NCBI GenBank assembly: GCA_002811645.1
Contig: PDIP01000026.1
Location: forward strand, 124,001-188,000
DNA from: Corallochytrium limacisporum Hawaii
Taxonomy: Eukaryota > Protista > Pluriformea
Reading direction: 5' to 3'
DNA length: 64,000 nt
Position 1 is the stretch's first letter, and every line of letters begins with the position of its first letter. Of this stretch, positions 8,833-19,049 are shown piece by piece. A program made the position numbers and the translations under genes. Under the pieces are notes generated by a model. It saw only the letters and a program-made list of their open reading frames with translations. It did no database searches and was not told the origin of the DNA.

Positions 8833-11376
8833 ATGAAACGGTCTGGTATGCCCTCAAAAACAGATCCTTGTACAAAATCCCAAGAATCTAAGGCAAGCGT
8901 ATACGAATTTGACGATGCAGAGGACGAACCGACCAAAGCTAAAATTGGTGCGAAGGTCCAAGAAGGTCAGGCCAGTGTATATGACTTTGACGATGAGGAA
9001 GACGGTTCAGTGGGTATCCAGGGGAAGAGCTTGAAGCCACCACAAGCACGTGGAAGGTCAAGAAGCCGGAGTAGAAGTGTTGCTCGTAGCAGATCAGTCA
9101 GTCAAAGCAGTAGCAGAGGTCCGTCACGGGCATCCTCAAGGGAGCGAAGTCCGGTGAACAAGAAGACGAAGGTAACCCCGACGGAACCAGCTATTGAAGA
9201 GAAGGAAGTCGATGAAGATCCCTATGGCTTTGGTGACTTCGCAAAAGCACAAGTACCCGAGTCAGCACCGCCATCGTCCCCGAAGAGCAATTCACCATCC
9301 AGGAAGGGAACGGCTAAGACAGGTGTCCCAACTATGTCCTCACCGTTCAAAGACTCGTCCGCTACTCCTATTGCTCGTAGGCCTGGTGCTCGATCTTCTC
9401 CGAACAAATCTCAAGTTGTGAAGATAGATCCTGCCAAGCTGCATGCCTTAAGTCGTCTCAAAGACAGGGTTAAGTCACAAGCTAGTGAACACACGAAGAC
9501 TCCACCGACTGTGCAGAGAAAGTCATCGAGTTCGCTATTCAGAATCGGTAGTTCGGGAAGACGGCCAGTCATGCGAAGTATCGTTGGACCCACTGATGTA
9601 CACACTCCGACGCAGGCGGCCCAAGCTGCAAACACAGGGTATGCTAGTCGGTTTCAAGAGGACTTTGATTACTACCTGGAGGGCATTGTGCCACCAGCAA
9701 CCGCAGCGTCTGCTGCTTTGACAGTTATGGCTGTCGCAAAACTGGCTCAAAAAGACTCTGACTTCAACGCGAGGTTGCGACAGGGAAAGAATGGGGCATA
9801 TCTCGACTCAGTCTGTAGTGGCATCATAGCTCATGGATTCGGTGTGGACAACGCCGGCCTTGCTTTGGCTTCTGCGTATATCTTTGCGACGTTGGCACAG
9901 GACCCTAACGAAAGTTTTGTTCCTCCTCAAGGTATTCGCGTTTTGGCCAATATCGTTCTGAAGCATGCTAAGAGCTTTACCATTGTCGGTGGACAATCAC
10001 GGATTCCCAAAGCATGTGAGCCAATCGTAAACCAAATACGTCCCCAAATTTCTTTCTTCGATGTGGATGCTCCAAATATTGCGCCGGATCAGAACAATGA
10101 ACATCTATTGTCAGGAATCCCATCTGAGATGGCTCTGTTCGCGGTTTATCTTCTGAGCCATCCGGAATCTCAGGGTATGGACAAGAAGCTGATCAAACAA
10201 ATTCTGCGTGAGGATGCTCGTGTGATAGATCCGTCCACGTCTGCGTCATGGACGCCAAAGCCCGTATTGACGACAGCCAAAGGGTCTCCAAGCCTTCTCA
10301 GTTTCACTGTGGGACTGGCGATGGATTTGATGCGAAAGTTTCTGAAGGGTGACACATCGTTTACAAGACTTGATCTCTGTCTCAAGGTATTGGAAAATGC
10401 AACATTTGAGGATCAGGATAACGTTAACTTCCTTCTAAAGGACAGAGACGGCAGAATCGTGCAGGCAGTATTGGCCTTTCTGAACGGATTCCTGAAGGAC
10501 CACCGCATCGAACAAGTAGCTGAAGTCGCTGACTTTTCACAGATAAGTGGAATTTCGTCAATCAATTCAAGCGCTTTGAACAACAACCTCAACAACACGG
10601 CCACGAGTGTGAGCAGTTACAAACAACCTGAGAGGGAGCCAGAATACTTCGACCTGGATGAAACTGATGCATGCATGTCGGCACTGCGTCTGTTAGTTAA
10701 CCTAACCCATCACAATATGCATGGATGTCAGACTATTGCCAACAGTGATATTGGATTGCAAATCATTTGCCACGCAATTATTACTTTACCTCTGGCAGTG
10801 GTGCCTGGTCGTCGGCACGACTTTCGTGCGATTGGAATTGGTTTGCTCATCAACATTGCCGAGCAACACCCTAACTTCAGCGAGAAAATCATCAAACAGG
10901 ACCTGGGCAATGAGTTGGCGCTGGAGCGCTTCACTAGAATATTGAAGCACTGCCTCACAGCTGACAAGGCATCGAAGGCCAAGAAGGATGCCGTAAACAC
11001 CAGCACGTCTTCTGCTGGCGACGAAGGCATTACGGAGCAGTTTGTGATTGCAGCATACTTGTGTATGCTCTTTGGTATCTGCTGTCGCAGCTGCCCGCGC
11101 TATACGGACTATGTCCTCGACATGCTGCCGGAGCCAAAGGCTGTCCTCCTAATTCACACCTTGCAACATTTCTTAGAATTCAAAGAGGACTCTGGTCTCG
11201 CTCACGATGATGAGATCATCGCTGTTGTCCAGGTCGTAAAATTTCTAGAGGATCGCGTCGATCCAGACCTGGTGATCAAAGAAGACAGTGACAAAAACAC
11301 CAAGGAAACGAAACGGCGAGAGTCTTCGGGTGAAAGTATCCAGGAAGTTATCCAGAGCGAATTGGGTGACATCTAA
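8833..11376 (+). CDS. WAPL: Cohesin release factor WAPL (Wpl1/Rad61 family)
   Basis: 847 aa. Disordered Ser/Arg-rich N-terminus with YxF/YGF motifs, then a helical WAPL domain: FQEDFDYYLEGI, LCLKVLENATF, ALRLLVNLTHHN, GIGLLINIAE, AAYLCMLFGICC. Confidence 0.85.
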   Translation: MKRSGMPSKTDPCTKSQESKASVYEFDDAEDEPTKAKIGAKVQEGQASVYDFDDEEDGSVGIQGKSLKPPQARGRSRSRSRSVARSRSVSQSSSRGPSRASSRERSPVNKKTKVTPTEPAIEEKEVDEDPYGFGDFAKAQVPESAPPSSPKSNSPSRKGTAKTGVPTMSSPFKDSSATPIARRPGARSSPNKSQVVKIDPAKLHALSRLKDRVKSQASEHTKTPPTVQRKSSSSLFRIGSSGRRPVMRSIVGPTDVHTPTQAAQAANTGYASRFQEDFDYYLEGIVPPATAASAALTVMAVAKLAQKDSDFNARLRQGKNGAYLDSVCSGIIAHGFGVDNAGLALASAYIFATLAQDPNESFVPPQGIRVLANIVLKHAKSFTIVGGQSRIPKACEPIVNQIRPQISFFDVDAPNIAPDQNNEHLLSGIPSEMALFAVYLLSHPESQGMDKKLIKQILREDARVIDPSTSASWTPKPVLTTAKGSPSLLSFTVGLAMDLMRKFLKGDTSFTRLDLCLKVLENATFEDQDNVNFLLKDRDGRIVQAVLAFLNGFLKDHRIEQVAEVADFSQISGISSINSSALNNNLNNTATSVSSYKQPEREPEYFDLDETDACMSALRLLVNLTHHNMHGCQTIANSDIGLQIICHAIITLPLAVVPGRRHDFRAIGIGLLINIAEQHPNFSEKIIKQDLGNELALERFTRILKHCLTADKASKAKKDAVNTSTSSAGDEGITEQFVIAAYLCMLFGICCRSCPRYTDYVLDMLPEPKAVLLIHTLQHFLEFKEDSGLAHDDEIIAVVQVVKFLEDRVDPDLVIKEDSDKNTKETKRRESSGESIQEVIQSELGDI

Positions 11377-11459
11377 AAGTTTATATATAGCAGCGGAAGT
11401 CCTTAGATTAAAATTCTTGAAGTCGTTTATCACGATGGCACTGGAGTTTGAGTTTGCTG

Positions 11460-14400
11460 TCAGGATCGGAATTCTTCCAGCACATTCCACAGCTCGTTAG
11501 TGACATTGGTAATGTCCAAAATGATCGCTCCGACGCGACTGATGCCAACCAAACCGTGGGCCTTGTTCATGATGCGTTCTTCTCGGAGAGACTGCAACAT
11601 TCGCACCGCACCACTCTGACGCACCGCGGTCTTAGCCCGTGAAGAATCCCATACCGTCATGTGCAAGCAATGCAGGGCCAAAAATGAACGCTCGCAAAAC
11701 AGCACACGTTGGCGGGCATTGGCACGTAGCAAATCATCCACCTCGGCAGCACCGACGATCCCCTGGATTAGATTGCGCTGATGTGTGAGGTAGGACGTTT
11801 CATGTGCTACCAGCCCAGCGAGGTCCTCGGTTAAGGCTCCAGCCAGAGCAACTACAGCTCTGACCATCTCAGCGTTTGTGAACCACGCGTGCTTGCCGAG
11901 ACCACCACAGCCTTCCTTGTTAGCGCTCATGTTGCGTAGCAGGAGCAGAGCAATACATTGCAATTGATAGCTCACTGACGGGCTATTTTTGTCATTTACT
12001 AATAGGTCACTGATGACATCCAGAATATAGTCACATCGCCGCAGAACGGACCTTCCAACAGAAGACATGGACATGGCCATGAGCACGCGCATGGACCATT
12101 CTCGGATACAGCGTACCCAGACATTGAAGCTTTTGTTGTGTCGGCTGTACAGAGTCCTAGATTTCAGTAGTACTTCCTGGCACAGATATGCTGGCACACT
12201 GCGACGGGCCAGAGCCGCAACACCTTCCGGTGTTGAACACAAAGAGAGGAAGATGCGCATGCCGATCTCCATGATCGCACCAGACTGCTCGCTGCGCAGC
12301 TCGCTGCGCTGCACTAAAGTGTTGATGTGCTCTTGAACCGCGTCCAAAATGAGATCGTAGGCACCTAGCGCATGCGTCACCTTCTGATTGAGCTGACCGT
12401 TGTACTTCGAAATGCGGTTCACCATAGCAATTGGTAAGGATTCAGTGACTGGCACGCGCGCCGAGAGCAATGCAGTCGTGCCTTTCGTACCGGCATTGAG
12501 CAAAATATCCACTAGACAAAGGACTGCGCCCCACAGCTCGACGTGCCATCCACTGCCGAGCATCGCCAAACAGTGTCTTATTGCATCCGAGCAAGAGCGA
12601 CCACCGAAGTCTGGCAGATCTGCGTGCCCTTCTACAAACGCGGCCAGTAGGCCAAGGTCATCTATCAGGCCGTTGACATTTACCATAGAGTAAGTCTTGC
12701 ACAAATTTGAAGCAATTCGATTTCCGGCCGCAGTGACAATGCGCTCGTTGGCCTGACTGGCAATCCGCACATCAGTACGCATTCTATAGATCTGACCAAG
12801 TAGCCAGATTGTACCTGTTGCGGTGTCGTCCAGACCGGTAGAATCGTAAGACACCCGGGTGCCAATGCTCTCCGACATGAATTCCAGAATAACTAAGACG
12901 TTCTGTCCCGTACTGAGAATGGTTTGCAGTTGCGTCTGGGGTCCAAGCTGTAGAGTCAGCATGATGGCTTGCAGCAAAGACTCAAGTGCCGCCATAAGTT
13001 GTGGCCTCAGGAATGCTGTTACATGTTGTCCAGCTACTTCGGTATCCAATGTCATAACGTAACCAATCATTTCACTGAGTACACTGAGCTCGCCAGTTTC
13101 CATATGGTTGCCAGGTGGATTTAGGAGAAACTTTAGGATGGGACCGTGGAAGTGTTCTGACGCACAGAGACATGCCCGCATCATGTTACTGGCTTCAATC
13201 AACAAACGCATCTGTTCCACATATGCCTCCCGCAATTCACGCATGGGCACAAACGTCTCGTTCTCAGAAAGGAGGTCTTCATAATCGCTCAAGTCATCCA
13301 GTGATTCCTTCAAATACCGTATTAGTGTGGGCACGAACACCTCAAAGTGCTTGATGAGACCAAGCAGTGTGTCCGCGTTGCGGTCGCCGAGACTGGACTC
13401 CGGGCCGAGTTCTCCAAGAGTCAGTGAAGGATCGCTGAATATGGATGTTATCATGTGACAGATCTCATTGAGTAGAGCATGTGCTTGTTGCATAGCGGCA
13501 GCATTCTCCTCGATCAACGGGTTCTCAAGGTGTCCCATGAAATCAAACAGTTCCGCTATAGGTTCAAGATTCACATAGTGGCGAGCAATACTGTCCAATG
13601 CCAGATTAGTCCAAGCACCCAATGCCTGGCGCACCAGCGCAAACAGAGAGTAACGCAGGGACGAAGACGGATTTTCGAGCAACACGGTTAAAGCTTCAGT
13701 GAAAGTCCGCTCCACAAAGGCACAGAGAATGCTGGGATGGATGGCAAATGCATCCTGCAAAGCATCTGTCTTTGCCAGCAGAGACCGGGCATAGACATAC
13801 GCACCAATCTGTCTCAGAGACTCGGTGCGATAGGCAATACAATCTGTTCGTCTGTGCAGGACTCCCTGTGCCAAAGCATCCAGGTATGTTTGGTTTCCGA
13901 GAAGAACATCATGACCACACATTGAGTGTGTCATAATCAAGTTTGTCAATGCGGAGAAGGGATAGAAGGCGTCTCCCAACTCCAAAGCGTTTTTCAGAAG
14001 CTGTTGGCACAAAGCTTTCGCATCATCGACCATAGAAGATGATGGGATGGGGCCACGAATTAGTCCTTGGCTAGTTCGCATCAACGAGTGTAGAGCTGCG
14101 ACAGCAATCGTGGTGCTTGTGACCAGCGATCTTCGGGCAAAATCGTTTGTATCGTGCTCGGCACATCGACGAAGAATTTTAACGACTACGGTGTAGGACT
14201 GCTTCAATGAGCCAAAGCCCTCGGACATCCGTCGTGCGCTCTCTGTACCCATCGTCACACTTGCTGCGAAGCTTTGGCCAATCTCTTGGCCACTATAGGC
14301 ATGCGCGCCAAAATTCAACATAAACTGGCGTGATTGTTCGACGTGCACAAGCACACGACAAATACACTGGGCAATTGTGGGATCGAAGACAGCTGCTTCT

Positions 14401-17400
14401 TCACCGAGAGCGTCCATCGCCTCGATGACGCTGACGTGGATCTGGCCTAAAATCTGCAGGAATTCACCTTCCCACTCACATCGTCCCATCATGCAAGAGG
14501 ACAAGAGCTTCTCTATTGTGCTCACAGTCTTCCGGATGCCTCGCCGCGTCAAATTTGGTGGTAAGGGGATGGACCAGCCTGGTCCATATGCATCGTATAG
14601 TCCTGGATGGCTGAAAGACTCGTGTACACTGAAGCCCTGACAGAGAGTAGTCAGGCACTCTCGTGCAAAATGTTCCCGAGCCATTCCGATTGTGCCATGT
14701 CGGGGAGTGCCTTGTTCAAAAATTGCACAGTGGTCAAGCAAACTGTCACAGAGATACATTAATGGAATGATGGCATCGTCGTCATGACTAGCACCCAGGT
14801 CTCTGGCATACAAGCCAACATAGCCTAACGCCTCAATGGCGGATTCGAGAGAAATGTACGAGTTCGTCATGGGAACAAGGGAAAGCAAATTCTCCAAGTC
14901 AGCCAAGAACGACATGCTTGAAGAAACCCCAAAGACCGTGCATTGATCAACCAGAAGCCTTACAAGACTGGTGCCGGACGCGGGATTCGTTTCACGCTCG
15001 TACTTGGTTACAAGCATCTGCCGTAGGGCGGCATGCAAATTGGGCACATACGGTTCGTAGACGCTGCGCATCTGATAATAATCGATAGATATGGGTATCT
15101 GAAAGTTGCGTCGAAGACTGTACGGCATCTTGATGGGCCCTTGGTTGCTGAGATTAGTCTCCGGCTGCGGCCGATCACTGTTCGAAGGGCTCTGAACTCT
15201 TTCATCCTGTGTGAAAACATCCACACATCGGTGACGCAAAGCTCGCATAACCTCATCATCGAAGCCAATGATGGAGAGGATAGCCATAACTTTGCCACTC
15301 AATGTCCCATCCGTAAACATCATGTGGCATAGGAACCCGACGAACTGCGCAACCACATTCCGGCCCTCATGATGGTGCACATAAGCCTTACACAGCTCCA
15401 GGAAGATGAGTACGCACACTGCTCGCTCGCGGCTGGTTGCTGTTTTAGATTCACAACGGTCTTGAGCAGATTTCAAATGACTAGGGGTACAAAGCTCCTG
15501 TACCTCACCATCGAATGAGTACGCCGCGACAGACGCGAAACGCCGGGCGAGGGATACCCGCAGCTCGCCCTCCAAGTGAGAGTCCCACATGGTAGCGTAC
15601 AGATCACGAGCTGACTCGTGCGCTGTTGGCGGAATAGGATCAATCTCTTCGTGTTCGGCCAGCTTCATGGCCTCTGCGAAGCGAAGAATCTCATCAAAAG
15701 TATGGTGGTCATGTCCCTTCTCCGATTGAGACTGAAGAAGAAGTTTCCGAAGCGCGTAGGCACGACATTCCGATGAGATGTGGAAGAGTAGTCGACATAG
15801 GCTGCATACGATAGAGGAACGAAGTAGCTCTTCGTCGGTGCGCTCGATACGGCTGTGCACATCCCTCACGACCTTCCACATATCAGTGTCCTCAACAATG
15901 TATCCTTCCAGGAATGGCAAAACGCAAACCAATGTCTTTTCGAGAGCACTGTTGTGGTTTGCCTTTGCATTTATATGCTTGATAATGTCGAAAGCATGGT
16001 TGCGAGTCTCAGTCTCAGTGTCATACAATCCAAAAGCTGCGATTTGATACACGCAATCCGTAGTGACTGCAAGTTCCCAGACTGGAGGTTCCTCCGTAGC
16101 GATCACTTTCTCTATGCAGGAATACATAAAACTTCTCACATTCGCGTTTGTGTGTGCTAAGAGCTTGAGAACTTGCAAAGTACCTTTTTGGATGCCGTCA
16201 TCCGGATCAAGAGACACATGTGCCTGTTTAAGAACCGCAAAGGCAGTATTCATGGCAGCTTCGTTATCCAAAATTCCGAGAGCGTCGATGAAGTTAAGGT
16301 AGTGATCATTAAGCTCTGTTGAGCTTTCCTCGCTCTGACCGACATCTTCGCCACAATGATACAGATGTATCGCCTGGATGGCCTGAACATACTTCATACA
16401 CAAATCTAGGTCACCCATGAAGGAGTCACCCAAGCGATCAAGCAGGTCTCTACATATTGAGAATATCCAGGGCCGATTGTTCTCGATTGCGCCGTCGCAG
16501 ATGACTAGACGTGCTCCTGCTTGTACCGCGATGGGAAGGGTATCACGTAACACATCGACTGGCACGGACCGACTGAGGACCTCTACAATACGGAATCCAG
16601 ATAGCAGTATCCGACTACCTTGTGGGAATGGCGATGTACCATTCATATGAAGCCGGACTTGGGGCCCGATACCACCAATAATACTCTGTCCACATTCAAT
16701 CTCTGACATGAAGTTCAGTAAGTGTCCTAGTTCTTCAAGGAATGGCTTGAAATGCAGTAGGTCTAGGGGACAGTCGTTCTCTAAGCAGTGCTCACAAACT
16801 TTGGCAACGTACTCTAATCCCTCTTGAATAGTCCACAATATGCCTGCCTTGGTTTGGGATCCTTGCTGGTAGCTCACGGTCGCCATCCGCAGAAAGATGG
16901 TTCCAACTACTGACAGTGTGTCAGATACCCCGACTGCGTTCGGCGTTGAAGTCTCCGACCACAGCTCAGGGAAAGGGGGGGCAGTCATACCGATGCTTGT
17001 GCTGCGCATGCGATTAAGTGTGGCGCCCATCAAGGCCACCAAGGCCGTCACTTCCGAGTATTGGGACCACCGTGTCACTTCCTTCAGATTCTGAGATTGC
17101 TCTATCGACTGCAATCGTTTTAAAAGCAAACGGAGCAACATTCCATGGTGAAAAATGATCTCTGCTGGACAATCCTGGAGCACGACCGACTCAAAGAATT
17201 CCATGTCATCCGACGTTTCTTTCTGTAGTGATATGAAGATCTCATCCAGTGATTTATAGGATGCCTTGAGAGTTGTCTCGTTTGGTGGCTGAGGCAGACA
17301 CCGATACATGGCATCAGATTTTAAAGTCTCTTTGTCAGTTCGACCAATAGGTGCCATCAGAGATGCAGAAGGCACACCGAGGCCCACAGGTGAGTAGCGT

Positions 17401-18191
17401 GCTGTCTGTGTCTCGATCGATGCTGCCAGCTGGGAACCTACTAGCGGTGACAACTTGGTAGAGGGCGGTTTCGCTAATTGTGAACTTTGGGCCGAGGACC
17501 GTTTTGATGGGTAAGTTATAGGGCTTGACTGAGGCCTCCCATGGAATGGTGTGTCAATTGCTTCGCTCAATTCCTTCGCGATCTTTATGCTATTTGATGC
17601 CTCAAAGTACGGCGCATGCGATGATTCACCGGGCATACGCGCCGGACCGGCCTGTACAACTCCAGATGTGGCCACTCCGTTCGGATCTGATACCTCCTGC
17701 TCTAACTCACGCTTCCTAATCGGCAGTGTTGCCGCTTTTGCCTTACCATTTAGTTGCTTTAAAGCAACTCGCACATCCGCAGGCACTGTCCGCGAAGCCT
17801 TCTCTTGCTCTCTCTCCGATGGTCCGAGAGCCACAAGATTTGTGCCCGCCGCAACGTCGATAGCTTGAAGAGCATCTACTCCTCCGCAGCTTCTGAAAAC
17901 AAGGTATGTTTGGGCATCCAAAAATAAGTACTTGAGTATGGTTTTCAAGGGTGGAGTGCTTTCATTTAACACCTGTACCGACCCGGAATCTGTCGTTGCT
18001 TCCAAGCACTTCACTAAATCTTCAATGAAGACAATATCTGCTCTGAGGGCTTCGACACTAACTAAGCCTAGCTCCAGTTTTTGTGCCACGTTCTTTAAGC
18101 TCCGAATGCGAATTGCATCAATTGGATGAGAGACCTTCCTTCGCACTAGTCGGTTGGGCGAATTCGGCCTCAGTGATTGGAGCACTTCCAT
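11460..18191 (-). CDS. RTTN: Rotatin (centriole/basal body armadillo-type protein)
   Basis: 2243 aa, the size of animal rotatin. N-terminus [29 protein letters not shown] resembles rotatin [40 protein letters not shown] resembles VIMQDFPAEIF. The rest is Leu-rich and helical. Confidence 0.8.
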   Translation of the reverse strand: [2243 protein letters not shown]

Positions 18192-19049
18192 GATTAATCT
18201 AACCAGACTCTGTGACCTGAACGTCCCGTGTCCTACTATTCATGTCATCATTGCTTTCATTTTCGATCCATTTTCAGCTCAGGACATGGTTTACCACATA
18301 GTCGTTCTTAGTTTTGTCCTGGACCTATTGATTTACCTGCTGACTACTGTGCGGCCCGGGAGCCAACTGCAGGTGTTAGGAGTCAGAGGCACCCTCCCGA
18401 AGTCCTCACGAAGTCGCGGGCTTTTTGGAAATTCCGGCCCCCCCCCCCCACTCTTGGACTTTTGGCGCGCTTCCTGTCACGAAGTTTCCCTCTTAAAATA
18501 GACCCCCGTTTGCTCTTTCTCCGTTTCAAAGGGAGCTAAAGAAGTTGCCCGGCGCCCGTTTTTTGAAATTCGGCGCCCGGTAGTGGAACTACCGCAATCT
18601 GGGAGGGAACCGCAATAGTCTCCAAACTGAGACTCAGTTCCGAGTGGGTACACTGAACCTACCGACCGCAGGCGGCGGAGGCCTCGGTCGCCGAGACTCG
18701 CCGATGGGCCAAAACCTCCCAAAAATGGAAAAGACACTGACCTCTTTCGGGGGAGAAATGGTCCCGTGGGCCGTCGGGCAGGGCCCTACCTGCTAAACTG
18801 GTTGCTCCGATTGCGCAGGTAGGAAAGGGCTGCAGACGGACACATGATGGCAGATACCGGATCTGGAACGCCTATTTAATAGAGATAAGTCGACTAGTAA
18901 GTTTCAAAGGGCAGGTGTTTTGGGAAGATATGCAAAGGCTGTTGACCAGGGTGGGAGCTAAGGTGGGTTAGATCGAATGCTCTGCTGTCACGGAATTCTC
19001 TAATCAGAAGCCGGGCGCACAATCACGCACTGCCATCGACGAAGGATAG
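18192..19049. promoter_or_regulatory. Divergent promoter between RTTN and NEK with E2F and CHR-like motifs
   Basis: TTTTGGCGCGC at 18460-18470. TTTGAA or its complement at 18525-18530, 18562-18567 and 18903-18908. CGGCGCCCG occurs twice (18550-18558, 18571-18579), flanking one TTTGAA. Confidence 0.5.
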
